A DNA stretch of 64,000 nt from NCBI GenBank assembly GCA_963847625.1, contig CAWKAR010000026.1:32001-96000 (forward strand), given 5' to 3'. The translations under genes and the position numbers were made by a program. The notes below the pieces were generated by a model, which was not told the DNA's origin, made no database searches, and worked only from the letters and a program-made list of their open reading frames with translations. This document shows, piece after piece, positions 29,861 to 40,339 of this stretch. This DNA comes from a candidate division FCPU426 bacterium. GTDB lineage: Bacteria > Oederibacteriota > Muellerivitia > Muellerivitales > Muellerivitaceae. Every line of letters starts with the position of its first letter. The stretch's first letter is position 1.

Positions 29861-32245
29861 CTAAGAAATTTGTGCCAAGTTCAGTACAGTCTGGTACCGG
29901 CTTTCCAGCCTCGTCCTTAAGAACCGGTTCGCTTCCATAACCAAGCCCGGGTCCTTGGCCACCAGGGCCTGGGCATCCTTTCTCGCTTCCTCCACCACAT
30001 CCACATCCCTCTTCAAATCCACAATCCCGCCTTCCCTTCTCCCCGACTGGGCCACTCCGAAAATCTCGCCTGGGCCCCTCATTTTCAAATCGAACTCCGA
30101 AAGTTTGAACCCATCCAGGGTGGACACCATGATTTTAGTGCGCTCCACGGCTTCGGATGAAATCAGCGGCGACGTCACCAGGAAGCAATAGGATTGGGCC
30201 TCTCCCCGCCCCACCCTCCCCCGCAATTGGTGCAACTGGGCCAGGCCGAACCTTTCGGAATGCTCCACCACCATGACGGTGGCGTTGGAAATATCCACCC
30301 CCACTTCCACGACCGTCGTGGAAACCAGGAGCTGGTACTCTTTCTTCAAGAACGCCGCCATGACCCGGTCTTTTTCCTCTTTTTTCATTTTCCCATGCAA
30401 AAGCCCCATGCGGAACCCGTGGAAGATTTCCTTTTCGAAATACTTATGCATCAGGATGGCGGATTTCAGGAATATCTTGGATTCCTCCACGACCGGGAAT
30501 ACCCAGAAGGCCTGCTCGCCCTTCAAGAGCCTCGCCCTGACGAAATCGTAAACCTCTTCCTTGCGGCTCTCGCTTTTCCAGAAGGTCTGGATGGCCTTTC
30601 GCCCCTTCGGGAACTCGTCCAACACCGACAGGTCCGTATCGCCGTACTCGGTCAGCACCAGCGCCCGGGGAAAGGGGGTGGCGGTCATCATAAGGCAATC
30701 GGGCCACTTCCCTTTTTCCTCTAGTGCGGCCCTTTGGAGAACCCCGAACTTATGCCGCTCATCGATGACCAGGAACCCCAGGTTCTGGAACTGGATGTCC
30801 TCCTCCAAAAGCGCGTGGGTCCCCACCGCCAGGTTGATTTCACCCGACTTCAAAGCCGCCAGCGCCTCCCTTTTGGCCTTGGCCCTCATACCCCCGGTAA
30901 AAAGCAGGGTCTTCATCCCCAGGGGCTCCAAAAGCCGCGTCAGGGTCTGGTAGTGCTGTTGGGCGAGTATTTCAGTGGGGGCCATGAAGGCGCTCTGGAC
31001 GCCCGAGTCGGCGGCGTAGAGGAACGAGATGGCCGCCACCAAGGTCTTGCCGCTTCCCACATCCCCCTGCAAGAGCCGGTTCATGGGGTAGGGCTTGGCC
31101 AGGTCCCCCCGGATTTCCTTCAGCACCTTTTTCTGGGCGCCGGTCAATTGGTAGGGGATGGACTTGCGGAATTGGAGGATCTTGCCGCCCTCGAACTGGT
31201 ACTGCCTCCCCTTTTCCCGCCGCTCGATTTCCCGCCGTTTGAGCAGGAAGAACGACTGGAGAAGCAGGAGCTCGTCGTAAGCCAGCCTTTTGCGGGATTC
31301 CTCGAATTGCTCCAGGGTTTCGGGCCGGTGGATGCCGAGGATGGCGTCAGCCAGGGATAATTTATTGCCGGGGGTTTTGTCCCCCGTTTCCCGCAGGAGG
31401 GTCTCATACTTCCCCAAGACGGCATTGATCGTGCTCCGCCAAAAGGCCTGGTTCAAGGTCGGGGTGGAGGGGTACATGACGACCACCTTCCCCTCCCGCA
31501 GGGCCTTTTCCTCCTCCGGCAGGAGAAACTCGAACGTCTCCCCCTTTCCCACCACCTGCTTTCCCCATTTCGAGGATTGGGGAGATTCATGCAGGACGAC
31601 CCACCTTCCGTTCACCATTTCCTTCTTGAGGAAGGGGCGGTTGTACCAAATCCAGGACAGGTGGCCGCTCCCGTCCTCCAAAGTCACCTTCATGGTCTCC
31701 CTTTTCCACTGCCCCGCGTGGGCGACGCCGTTGATCCGGGCCAGGATGAAGGCGGGTTCCTCGAGGTTGGCGCATTGGGCGATCGGCTTGAAATGGTTCG
31801 CGTGCAAGGCCCACTTGGGCCCGTAATAAAGCAGGTCCTCCACGGTCTTGAGACGGGTCAATTGGAAAGCCCGGGTCTTATCCCTGGAAATGAAGGGATA
31901 GACCGTGTCGGTGAGGCTGAGTTTTTGGGTGGAAACAACCGGGCGTGCCTGTGGCGGTTTATCCGTCCAGGCATTGATCTGGTCGCAGGCGGCGAGAACC
32001 AGTTTTTCCCTATTTTCCCGGGACAAGGTCATGTATTGGGAAAAGGATCTGCGGAGTTCCAAAAGTTGGGTCTTCAATCCACTCTCGCCGGAGGCGGAAA
32101 GATCCAACTGTTGGGTGATTTTATCAAAGCGTTCCAGGATATAGCTGTCCAGGCCGCCGACCACGGAACGGTTGAGGAACCCCTGTTTTTGTTCCAAGTG
32201 CAAGGGTTTCAATAAGTGATTGAGTTTTTGCTCGACCAGCGACAT
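29861..32245 (-). CDS. recG: ATP-dependent DNA helicase RecG
   Basis: MNRLLQGDVGSGKT, MAPTEILAQQH, IDERHKFGV, MTATP, RFGLAQLHQLRGRVGRG, DLKMRGPGE. Confidence 0.96.
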   Translation of the reverse strand: MSLVEQKLNHLLKPLHLEQKQGFLNRSVVGGLDSYILERFDKITQQLDLSASGESGLKTQLLELRRSFSQYMTLSRENREKLVLAACDQINAWTDKPPQARPVVSTQKLSLTDTVYPFISRDKTRAFQLTRLKTVEDLLYYGPKWALHANHFKPIAQCANLEEPAFILARINGVAHAGQWKRETMKVTLEDGSGHLSWIWYNRPFLKKEMVNGRWVVLHESPQSSKWGKQVVGKGETFEFLLPEEEKALREGKVVVMYPSTPTLNQAFWRSTINAVLGKYETLLRETGDKTPGNKLSLADAILGIHRPETLEQFEESRKRLAYDELLLLQSFFLLKRREIERREKGRQYQFEGGKILQFRKSIPYQLTGAQKKVLKEIRGDLAKPYPMNRLLQGDVGSGKTLVAAISFLYAADSGVQSAFMAPTEILAQQHYQTLTRLLEPLGMKTLLFTGGMRAKAKREALAALKSGEINLAVGTHALLEEDIQFQNLGFLVIDERHKFGVLQRAALEEKGKWPDCLMMTATPFPRALVLTEYGDTDLSVLDEFPKGRKAIQTFWKSESRKEEVYDFVRARLLKGEQAFWVFPVVEESKIFLKSAILMHKYFEKEIFHGFRMGLLHGKMKKEEKDRVMAAFLKKEYQLLVSTTVVEVGVDISNATVMVVEHSERFGLAQLHQLRGRVGRGEAQSYCFLVTSPLISSEAVERTKIMVSTLDGFKLSEFDLKMRGPGEIFGVAQSGRREGGIVDLKRDVDVVEEARKDAQALVAKDPGLVMEANRFLRTRLESRYQTVLNLAQIS

Positions 32246-32451
32246 TCAAGCCTCTGGTATTTCGGGATTGGGGGAAGCGCCATCATAGCATTTTCCTTGG
32301 GAAACCGGCCCCCGGGGAAACCTGAAAATACCTGTTCAATTTCCGCGACTTTGCTTATAATGCCGCCCTTGGTCGGCTCCCCGGAAAGACCTTTCCTTTC
32401 AGGGACGGCCGAAACCACCCAACCTATTCTAAAAGTTCGAGGAGAGTTGTC

Positions 32452-32769
32452 ATGGCGCAAGTGTGTGATATCTGTGCAAAGGGCCCGATCAAGGCCCGCA
32501 AGATCACCCGTCGGGGAAAACCGAAGAAAACAGGGGGTATCGGGTTGAACATCACCGGCGTGCATCTCAGGCGCCAGATGCCCAATCTTCATGTCATCCG
32601 CGCCATGGTCGGGGGAAGCCCCAAAAAATTGCTGGTCTGCACCCGCTGCCTTCGCTCGGGCAAGGTCCAAAAACGCCCGTCCATCCGCAAGGCACCCAAA
32701 GTTGTAGTTGCGGCCCCTGCCGCCCCTACAGCCCCTGCCGCACCCGCTGCCCCAGCCACACAGGCTTAA
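32452..32769 (+). CDS. rpmB: 50S ribosomal protein L28 with Ala/Pro tail
   Basis: MAQVCDICAKGP...PNL...VCTRCLRSGKV; GGAG RBS; divergent from recG. Confidence 0.93.
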   Translation: MAQVCDICAKGPIKARKITRRGKPKKTGGIGLNITGVHLRRQMPNLHVIRAMVGGSPKKLLVCTRCLRSGKVQKRPSIRKAPKVVVAAPAAPTAPAAPAAPATQA

Positions 32770-32842
32770 TACCCAGATTTTCAACAAGACAACCACACCC
32801 TAGCCATTGGTCTGTCTACATTAAAATTTTGAATTTTAAATG

Positions 32843-33897
32843 GCCGAATTCACGGAGTAAGTGCAACACTTCGCCGGAAGACTTCCGCCGGAGTTTTAAA
32901 GCCCAAACATTTCCTGGGCCTGTTATTGAGCCATCTTTCTATGGTCCTGAATTCTTTGAAGGACACTTTAGCAAGATCAGTCTTTTTAGGCAAATGGCGG
33001 CGGACAAGACCGATAGTATTTTCCACCGTACCTTTTTCCCAACTGTGGAAAGGGGCGCAGAAAAAGGATTTTGTACCAAGCACGTGGTTGGTTTCCAAGT
33101 GGTTGGTGTTTTCGGTTCCGTTGTCATAGGTCAGACTCAGGCGGGCGTCTTGAGGGAAGCGGCATAAAGCGCGGTTGAGGCTATGACTCATTTGGCGAGC
33201 GGTCTTTCGTTTGAGCTTTCCCAACTTGGAAAAACGGCTTTGACGCTCGACGAGAGCCCGCATAGCCACTTTACTCTGACGAGAGACCATGGTGTCGGTT
33301 TCCCAATGGCCGAATTGCTTGCGTTGATTGGCGATCTCGGAGCGCTTATCGATGGAAACACGGCCTGGGATATGGTTTTTGGCGTGCTTACGGCTATGGC
33401 CAAATGAGAATCGTCGCCGGTGGTGTCGAACTAGGCAAGGAATCAGCTCAGTGGCTTCAGCATAAACCCACTGATAGATAGCTTCAGGACCAATGGTTTG
33501 CTTAGGCCGTAGGTGACCTAATCGACCTGAAATGAGTTCTGGAGACCAGCCTCGTTTCAATTGACGACGGACGTAGGCACGAATTCGTTTTGTTTTCAGG
33601 CGTAAACGGCGTGCTCGTTGTTGGTTGCGGTCAACATACCGTTGATGGGCTCGATGAGAAAGATAATAACCAGAACGGATAGGGGGAGCATTGCGCTTGA
33701 GTTCCCTGGAGAGGGTGGAAGGAGACCTCTTCAAGGCGCGTGAAATTGCTCGAAGGCTAAGACCCTTTCCTTTCAAGACGGATAAATGATCTCTTTCTTC
33801 AACGCTTAAATGCTTGTATTTCTTTTTCATAGCCGCATATCCTATTCATGCGGCCTTCTTCAGACACTAAGTGTTGCACTTACTTATGGAACTCGGG
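32843..33897 (-). mobile_element. IS30-family insertion sequence A
   Basis: TIRs sharing AGTAAGTGCAACAC; 3-bp target duplication ATG (32840-32842, 33898-33900). Confidence 0.93.
32850..33830 (-). CDS. IS30 transposase
   Basis: YKHLSVEER, STLSRELKRN, GHWETDT, TYDNGTE, WEKGTVENTIG, NNRPRKCLGFKTP. Confidence 0.96.
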   Translation of the reverse strand: MKKKYKHLSVEERDHLSVLKGKGLSLRAISRALKRSPSTLSRELKRNAPPIRSGYYLSHRAHQRYVDRNQQRARRLRLKTKRIRAYVRRQLKRGWSPELISGRLGHLRPKQTIGPEAIYQWVYAEATELIPCLVRHHRRRFSFGHSRKHAKNHIPGRVSIDKRSEIANQRKQFGHWETDTMVSRQSKVAMRALVERQSRFSKLGKLKRKTARQMSHSLNRALCRFPQDARLSLTYDNGTENTNHLETNHVLGTKSFFCAPFHSWEKGTVENTIGLVRRHLPKKTDLAKVSFKEFRTIERWLNNRPRKCLGFKTPAEVFRRSVALTP

Positions 33898-34049
33898 ATG
33901 TTAAATTGCGGATTGATTTCCGCACTTTAGAAATCCTCAATAATTCATAATTTAAAACTTAAAATTCAAAATTGTCTTCATAGGGTCCCCGTCGTGGACA
34001 GCCACTATTCCACAAACATTCATAACGTCGCATGAGGTATCCTGACGTC

Positions 34050-35135
34050 TTATTTTGTAATCGACCCCGCAGTCCCTTCCTCCACAAAAAGCCTGGATGC
34101 GGGAGCCAGATTGGTTCCTGAGAAAGTGGCCTGATTTAATATGGTTGTCTGGACGTTATATAGGGTCGAACCGGTGGCCACCGGATAGGCCGCCGAAAGA
34201 TCAGCCGGGGAGTTTATATCGGGCCCAATGGAAGTATAGGAATCATACGTGGTCACCGGCCCTCCGGTTTGTTGAATAACAACAATCCCATCCGAATTCC
34301 CCTCGTAGGTCCAAGTGATGGCAGTACCTGCCGCGTTGGCCGTAAGGCCGCCAGGGGCGCTGACCGATGCCGAGGTGACGGTTCCCAGGGAAGTGCTGAC
34401 CGACATCGAGTAACTTCCCGCAAGCTGATATGTCACGGCTGTGGAGTAAGAATACCAAGCCATTCCGTTGTAATTCGTTAAGTATGGAAGCGTTAAGGGG
34501 CCGCTTGGAGTGTTTAAAACCACCAAATCTGTGGTTTCCGGCAAACCGTTGACGGTAATCCAAGCAAAAGGAGTCATACTCAATGTTCCATCCCCCCAAG
34601 CGTAGCCCTGGACATAGATACCCGGTGGAAATGTGGCTGTTGGTGTCGATGTTGCTGTAGCTGGAACCGTATTGGTGATAGTTGGGCTGTTGGTGGGCGT
34701 CATCGTGGAGGTTTTGGTCGTGGTGTTTGTTGGGGTATAAGTAATGGTAGGAGTTTCTGTTGGCGTAGGCGTAGGGGTTATGGTAGCTGTGTTCATCTGG
34801 GTAGACGTGGCAGTTTTTGTCGGAGTGGAAGTGATTGTCGGCGTGTCTGTGTTCGTGGGGCTGCTGGTCGGGGTAGAAGTCGATGTAAACGTTGGTGTGG
34901 AAGAAGCCGTTGAGGTGGCCGTCGATGTGGGGGTCGAGGTGGAGGTGTCGGTTTGCGTACAAGTCGAGGGATAGCAGACACTGGTGGATGTAAGAGTCAT
35001 AGTCGGAGTATCAGTAGGTGTAGTTTTTTTAGCCGGGGGATTGGTGGGGTTGTTAGAGTTGCTACAGGCGGTCGGTAAAAGAACCAAAATCGTTAATCCT
35101 AAAAATATATAAACCAATAGTAAGATCGGTCGCAT
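34050..35135 (-). CDS. Lipoprotein with Thr/Pro linker and C-terminal beta-rich domain
   Basis: Hydrophobic signal with PTAC lipobox-like Cys, ~130-aa T/P/S linker, globular C-terminus. Confidence 0.8.
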   Translation of the reverse strand: MRPILLLVYIFLGLTILVLLPTACSNSNNPTNPPAKKTTPTDTPTMTLTSTSVCYPSTCTQTDTSTSTPTSTATSTASSTPTFTSTSTPTSSPTNTDTPTITSTPTKTATSTQMNTATITPTPTPTETPTITYTPTNTTTKTSTMTPTNSPTITNTVPATATSTPTATFPPGIYVQGYAWGDGTLSMTPFAWITVNGLPETTDLVVLNTPSGPLTLPYLTNYNGMAWYSYSTAVTYQLAGSYSMSVSTSLGTVTSASVSAPGGLTANAAGTAITWTYEGNSDGIVVIQQTGGPVTTYDSYTSIGPDINSPADLSAAYPVATGSTLYNVQTTILNQATFSGTNLAPASRLFVEEGTAGSITK

Positions 35136-35249
35136 AAAATCCCCCGGGTAATATTTCTCAATGCGTTAATTTAAATTACCACACCATTTGTAATAATTGT
35201 ACGGACTTTCAGTAGTAAATAATCCTTAGTTTTTCGTTCAATTTGGGTC

Positions 35250-36301
35250 CCCCAGTTCAATAACGAAGTGCAACACTTAGACCCGGCAGAACCCGGGGGT
35301 TATCCTAAGTGCTATGAAATCATCCTACAAGCATCTGTCGTTAGCCGAACGTGAAGAAATTTCAGTTTGGAATGCTGAAGGCCTCTCCCTTCGGGAAATC
35401 GCACGCCGTCTGGGCCGTGATGTATCCAGCATTTCCCGAGAACTGAAGCGCAACGCCCCTCCTATACGATCTCGCCGCTACCTGCCCGCCAGAGCTCACA
35501 TGCGTGCAGAACACCGAAACCGTCTTTCACGTACTCATTTAAGGCTTAAAAATCCTGAGATTCGCCGTTTAGTACTGCGAGAAATACCTCGTGGACTCTC
35601 GCCCGAGCAAATTGCCGGTTTTCTTCGCCGGGAGAAACCAAAACTTTCCGTTTCCCATGAAGCCATCTATCAATTCATCTACTGCGAAGCTCGAAACCTC
35701 ATTCCTCATCTAGCCCGGGCCCATCGAAAACGTTTGCGACGTTGGCACACTCAAAAACATCGCAAAAGCCATATTCCTCAACGTACTCCCATTACCCAAC
35801 GACCAGCTATCGTTGAAACAAGACAGCAATTCGGGCACTGGGAGGCCGACACCATCATCTCCCGGAAAAGCAAACCCTCACTTCTGGTTATGGTCGAGCG
35901 CAAAAGTCGTCTGGTGAAACTGGCTTGGCTACCTCAAAAATCAGCTTTCCACACTAGAGCCGCAATCAACCGTCGGTTGGTTCGGATTTCAAAAGGCCTC
36001 CGCCGTACCATCACATACGACAATGGCTCCGAAAACGTCGAACATCTCCAGGTGAATCGTGTTTCAGGCACTCGTTCATTCTTTTGTTTGCCCTTCCACA
36101 GTTGGGAGAAAGGTTGTGTTGAAAATACTGCAGGTCTTGTTCGTCGCTTCTATCCCAAGAAAACGGATTTTGCTACTATAACCCCAGCGAATGTACGACG
36201 CGTGGAACGGATCCTAAACCATCGTCCTCGCAAGTGCCTTCGTTTCAAAACGCCGGAGCAGGTCTTTAGTCAAGGTGTTGCACTTACTGGTTGAATTCAG
36301 C
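35250..36301 (+). mobile_element. IS30-family insertion sequence B
   Basis: TIRs sharing AAGTGCAACAC; 3-bp target duplication GTC (35247-35249, 36302-36304). Confidence 0.93.
35314..36294 (+). CDS. IS30 transposase
   Basis: YKHLSLAER, SISRELKRN, GHWEADT, TYDNGSE, WEKGCVEN, NHRPRKCL. Confidence 0.96.
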   Translation: MKSSYKHLSLAEREEISVWNAEGLSLREIARRLGRDVSSISRELKRNAPPIRSRRYLPARAHMRAEHRNRLSRTHLRLKNPEIRRLVLREIPRGLSPEQIAGFLRREKPKLSVSHEAIYQFIYCEARNLIPHLARAHRKRLRRWHTQKHRKSHIPQRTPITQRPAIVETRQQFGHWEADTIISRKSKPSLLVMVERKSRLVKLAWLPQKSAFHTRAAINRRLVRISKGLRRTITYDNGSENVEHLQVNRVSGTRSFFCLPFHSWEKGCVENTAGLVRRFYPKKTDFATITPANVRRVERILNHRPRKCLRFKTPEQVFSQGVALTG

Positions 36302-36469
36302 GTCCCCTTTCGCTACCTTCAGCTTTTCCTAACAGGCTACTTGCCCTGGTCTTTCACCAAGGGGGCCGGGTTTTAATAAACTACTAAGCAAGACATTTGT
36401 GAATAGAGTGGGTTTGAACCATTGGAAACAACTGGTTAAGAGTATTTTAAAGCCTAAAGGACTTAAGCT

Positions 36470-36874
36470 TTAACGAAGGGAGCGGCCGAGGAGTTTCCAG
36501 GTTCCGCCCTTCCAGGACCAGACGAAGGTTTCGGACGAAAAACTTTGCACGCTTCCCACTTGGAACGTCCAATTCAACTTCACTTTGGCGGTCTTGTCGT
36601 TGATCCAGGCCATGGAGGCGATTTGGCCCCCGGTCAGCGTGGCGTCCTCCACCCAGCTTTTTTTCAACAAGGTTTTCAAGGCTTCCGCGCTGTCGAAAGT
36701 CCCGGCCGACATGCCATAAACCCCATTCCAATCCCCCTGGACGACCAAGTTGGTGAAATTTTCCGTCATGAGCTTCAAGGCCTGTTCCCGGCCCACCTTT
36801 TCCTCGGGCGAAATGGAACAGCCCGCCATGCCCAGAACCAAGAAACCGGCCGCAATCAAGAATAATCGTCTCAT
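36470..36874 (-). CDS. Hypothetical lipoprotein (possibly NTF2-like)
   Basis: MRRLFLIAAGFLVLGMAGC lipobox; C-terminal strands ending WKGGTWKL. Confidence 0.7.
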   Translation of the reverse strand: MRRLFLIAAGFLVLGMAGCSISPEEKVGREQALKLMTENFTNLVVQGDWNGVYGMSAGTFDSAEALKTLLKKSWVEDATLTGGQIASMAWINDKTAKVKLNWTFQVGSVQSFSSETFVWSWKGGTWKLLGRSLR

Positions 36875-37166
36875 AGCCAAGCCTTTTCCGTTTTTCGGAT
36901 GAAAAATTTGCAACCTCTGAAAAAGTCGGCTTTTCGCCGCCTTTTTCAGCAACCATAAAAGGTAACCCCCGATTTGACGGCGCTCATAGGGAATATCCCC
37001 TATGTACCCGCAAAACCAAGGCCTGCGGAAATCTTTGTCCTCCATCGCGTTAAAACGCGATGGAATTCAGGACTATGCCGATCTCTTTTAGGCTTCTAAA
37101 GAAGAAATCGGTATGGGGGCGAAACCTCTGTTTGAAGCTTTATTTTAGTTTTTCAGAGGTTTCCAT

Positions 37167-37622
37167 CTATTTCAGGAATTTCTTCTCGATATCCCTTATT
37201 TCCTGAACCCTTCGGGCGTGCCGTTCCACATTGCCGAAGGAAAGCGAGAGCCAATAGTCCGCGAGTTTCACGTTGGTTTCCACGGGCAGTTCGCGCCCGG
37301 CCAAAACCAGCACGTTGCAATCGTTGTGGGTTTTCGTGTCATAGGCCATCTTTTCATTTAAAACCAGGCCGGCCCGGACTCCCGGAATTTTGTTGGCGAC
37401 AATGGTCATGCCCAAGCCATTCCCGCAGAGAAGGACTCCTTGGTCCGCCTTTTTTTCGCTGACCGCCAGGGCGACCTTTACGGCGTAAGGGGGATAATCG
37501 TCCTTGGGATCCAGCAGGACCGCCCCGAAATCCAGCACTTCATGGCCCGCCTGCCGGAAATGCCGGATGAGCGCCTCCCGAGCGTTGAATCCGGCGTGAT
37601 CGGCCCCAATGGCGATTTTCAT
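37167..37622 (-). CDS. rpiB: Ribose-5-phosphate isomerase B
   Basis: IAIGADHAG, DDYP, CGNGLGM, ANKIPGVRA, HNDCNVL, RHARRV. Confidence 0.95.
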   Translation of the reverse strand: MKIAIGADHAGFNAREALIRHFRQAGHEVLDFGAVLLDPKDDYPPYAVKVALAVSEKKADQGVLLCGNGLGMTIVANKIPGVRAGLVLNEKMAYDTKTHNDCNVLVLAGRELPVETNVKLADYWLSLSFGNVERHARRVQEIRDIEKKFLK

Positions 37623-37631
37623 TGTCTCCCC

Positions 37632-38087
37632 TTATGCCGGCCCGAAACGGCCGGCGGATTTTAACAGATAGCCTTCCATTTTCTCGAAAACCCTGCGGTA
37701 AACCTCCAGCGGCTGGCCGATCGGGTCCTCCACATCCTCGATCCCCATGCCGGCATATTCGGAAAGGAGGAATACCTTTCCCTTCAAGTCCGGTAATTTC
37801 TTGAGGATCATTTCCTTATGCCTTTGCGTCATGGTCAAGATCAAGTCGCTTTCCAGGATCTCGGCCTTTCCCAAGGGCCGGCTTAGGTGGCCGGAGAGAT
37901 CAATCCCCTTCTCCAGGGCCGCCTCCACGGCTTCGGTCGTGGCCGGTACCCCGTCGATCGCCGCGAGGCCCGCGGACTGCACCGTCAGCCGGGTCCCAGT
38001 CTCAAGGGCCCATTTTTTCAGGAGCCCCTCAGCCATCGGACTGCGGCAGGTGTTTCCGGTGCAAACGAAGAGGATATTTTGTGGCAA
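37632..38087 (-). CDS. Low-molecular-weight protein Tyr/Arg phosphatase (YwlE-like)
   Basis: VCTGNTCRSPMAE P-loop, DVEDPIG. Confidence 0.92.
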   Translation of the reverse strand: MPQNILFVCTGNTCRSPMAEGLLKKWALETGTRLTVQSAGLAAIDGVPATTEAVEAALEKGIDLSGHLSRPLGKAEILESDLILTMTQRHKEMILKKLPDLKGKVFLLSEYAGMGIEDVEDPIGQPLEVYRRVFEKMEGYLLKSAGRFGPA

Positions 38088-38114
38088 ATCATTTCTCCCG
38101 AGAGAAGTGGGGCG

Positions 38115-38786
38115 TTATTCCCGGGTCAACTGTTCCAGGAAATGCTCGACCCTCGCGACTTCCTCAAGGGAAACGCATCCGGTCCGGATAATGTGATAGT
38201 CATGCCGTTCGAAGCGGGCGACGGCGGTCTCTCCGCCCAGGGGGCAGACCCCGGCGTCGATGGCGGCGTCCACTGCGTCGAGGATCATGGGATCGATCTC
38301 GTCGAAACGCACCGGACTCTTGGCCCCGGAGAAATTGGCGCTGGAAACAACCAGGGTGTCCCCGACGTTGCGGAGAAGTTCCAGGGCGATCCCATGGTCC
38401 GGGCAGCGCAGGGCGACGGTGCCGTCCGGCCCGATCGCTCCTTGGGCCAGGGAGGCCACTTTAGCTTTCTTGATCAGGGTCCAGGGGCCGGGCCAGATTT
38501 TCTTGAGCATATCCAAATCCCTGTCCTTGAAATCCGCTATTTCCAACGCCACTTCGGGCCTGGAGATCAGGATGGAAAGGGACTGGTTCATCGGGCGGTC
38601 CTTCAACTTGAAAATACGTTTGACGGCCTCAGGTTTCCGCACGGAACAGCCGATATCATAAACGGTATCCGATGGGAAAACGGCTATCCCTCCGCCTTTA
38701 AGCACCCGGGCGAGTTCCAAAAGGTTCGCCTGCGTGAAAGGCAATGATTTTATGTCAGTTTCTTTACCGCCCATGTTCTTTGCCAT
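38115..38786 (-). CDS. tsaC: L-threonylcarbamoyladenylate synthase (TsaC/YrdC family)
   Basis: GGIAVFPSDTVY, IFKLKDRP, WPGPWTLI, VALRCP, SSANFSG. Confidence 0.85.
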   Translation of the reverse strand: MAKNMGGKETDIKSLPFTQANLLELARVLKGGGIAVFPSDTVYDIGCSVRKPEAVKRIFKLKDRPMNQSLSILISRPEVALEIADFKDRDLDMLKKIWPGPWTLIKKAKVASLAQGAIGPDGTVALRCPDHGIALELLRNVGDTLVVSSANFSGAKSPVRFDEIDPMILDAVDAAIDAGVCPLGGETAVARFERHDYHIIRTGCVSLEEVARVEHFLEQLTRE

Positions 38787-39028
38787 TTCCTAAGATCCTC
38801 GTTAAAAAGCTTTATATCCCTATATCTTGATTTTCTCAAAGAAACCCGAATATTTCAGCAGGAAACCGTATTATTTTTAACAATTTCCCCCGAGTAAATT
38901 CGTTTCAACAATTTAAAAAGAAATGACTAAACAATCAACCCTTCAACGCCCGCCCTAAAAAAGAGGGACGCCGTCGAACCTATTAAACTTTTGACGGATA
39001 TTAAGGCATTAAAGTTAATGGTTAGGGT

Positions 39029-40330
39029 CTATTTTTTTTCGAATTTATATTTGTAAACCTTGCTTTTCAGGGCCCGCCAACCGATATCCTTGCGGAAATG
39101 GGCCCCTTCGAACCGGATCATTTCGACTCCCTGGTAAGCGGTGTAAAGAGCCTCGCGGATGTCATTCCCGACGCCCGTGACGCATAGCACCCTGCCCCCA
39201 GTGGTAACGGTCTTTCCGTCCTTTAAACCAGTGCCCGCGTGGAAAATATAGCAGTCGGGCTTCTTGGAGGCTTCCTCAAGGCCCGTGATGACCTTGCCCT
39301 TGGGGTAGGAACCCGGATACCCCTGGGAGGCCATGACCACGCTGGCCGACGCCCCCTCGTCCCACTCGATTTTGACCTCCGAGAGCTTACACTTGGCGAC
39401 CGCCAGGCAGACATCCACGAAATCGGTCTTCAGCCTGGGCAAAACCACCTGGGTCTCTGGGTCGCCGAACCGGCAGTTGTATTCGATGACCTTGGGACCG
39501 TCCTTATTGATCATTAACCCGGCATAGAGCACCCCCCGGTAAAGGATTCCCATGCGTTTCAACGCTTCCATCGTGGGCTTCAGGATTTTCTCCAGGACTT
39601 CTTGGTTGATTTCCTCGGTGACAACCGGCGCCGGCGAATAGGCGCCCATGCCCCCGGTGTTGGGGCCCTTGTCCCCGTCGTTGACCCTCTTGTGGTCCTG
39701 CGCGCTGACCATGGGCACGATGGTTTCCCCGTCCACGAAGGCCAGGATGGAGGCCTCCTCGCCTTCCAGGAATTCCTCGATGACCACCTTTTCCCCGGCC
39801 TCCCCGAACACCTTCTTTTTCATGGCCTCTTCCAGGGCCGCCTCCGCCTGGGCCCGGGTCTCGCAAACCGTCACGCCTTTGCCGGCTGCCAGCCCGTCGG
39901 CCTTGATGACGACGGGAATCTTTTGGAACTTCAAATAAAACATGGCCTTGTCGTAACTCGTGAAGGTCTCGGCCTTGGCGGTGGGAATTTTGTTGTCGAA
40001 CAGGAGTTTCTTGGTGAAGGCCTTGCTGGATTCAACCTGGGCTCCCGCCTTGGAAGGGCCGAACACGAGGAAGCCTTCTTTCACGAGATCGTCCGCCAGG
40101 CCCATGGAGAGGGGCACTTCCGGCCCAACTACGACCAGGTCCGGCTTGTTTTCCTTGCACCATTTCACCAACCCCTCAACATCCTCGGCCTTGAGGTCCA
40201 GGCACTGCGCGGCTTGGGCGATCCCCGCGTTCCCCGGCGCGCAATAGATCTTGGGTTTATGGGAGGATTTCGCCAGCGCCCAGCAAATCGCGTGCTCCCG
40301 GCCGCCGCTTCCAACCACCAATATGTTCAT
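39029..40330 (-). CDS. purD: Phosphoribosylamine-glycine ligase
   Basis: GSGGREHA, KADGLAAGKGV, QDHKR, GPNTGGMGAY, EYNCRFGDPE. Confidence 0.98.
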   Translation of the reverse strand: MNILVVGSGGREHAICWALAKSSHKPKIYCAPGNAGIAQAAQCLDLKAEDVEGLVKWCKENKPDLVVVGPEVPLSMGLADDLVKEGFLVFGPSKAGAQVESSKAFTKKLLFDNKIPTAKAETFTSYDKAMFYLKFQKIPVVIKADGLAAGKGVTVCETRAQAEAALEEAMKKKVFGEAGEKVVIEEFLEGEEASILAFVDGETIVPMVSAQDHKRVNDGDKGPNTGGMGAYSPAPVVTEEINQEVLEKILKPTMEALKRMGILYRGVLYAGLMINKDGPKVIEYNCRFGDPETQVVLPRLKTDFVDVCLAVAKCKLSEVKIEWDEGASASVVMASQGYPGSYPKGKVITGLEEASKKPDCYIFHAGTGLKDGKTVTTGGRVLCVTGVGNDIREALYTAYQGVEMIRFEGAHFRKDIGWRALKSKVYKYKFEKK

Positions 40331-40339
40331 TTCAATTCC

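Noticed and set aside
32843..36301. Composite transposon of two IS30s carrying the lipoprotein gene
   Set aside because: The two elements are clearly divergent and each has its own target duplication (ATG; GTC), indicating independent insertions.
38115..38786. TsaC as a pseudogene (YD instead of YG, no PST motif)
   Set aside because: The frame is intact and the KxR and SAN motifs are retained; the divergence alone does not show loss of function.
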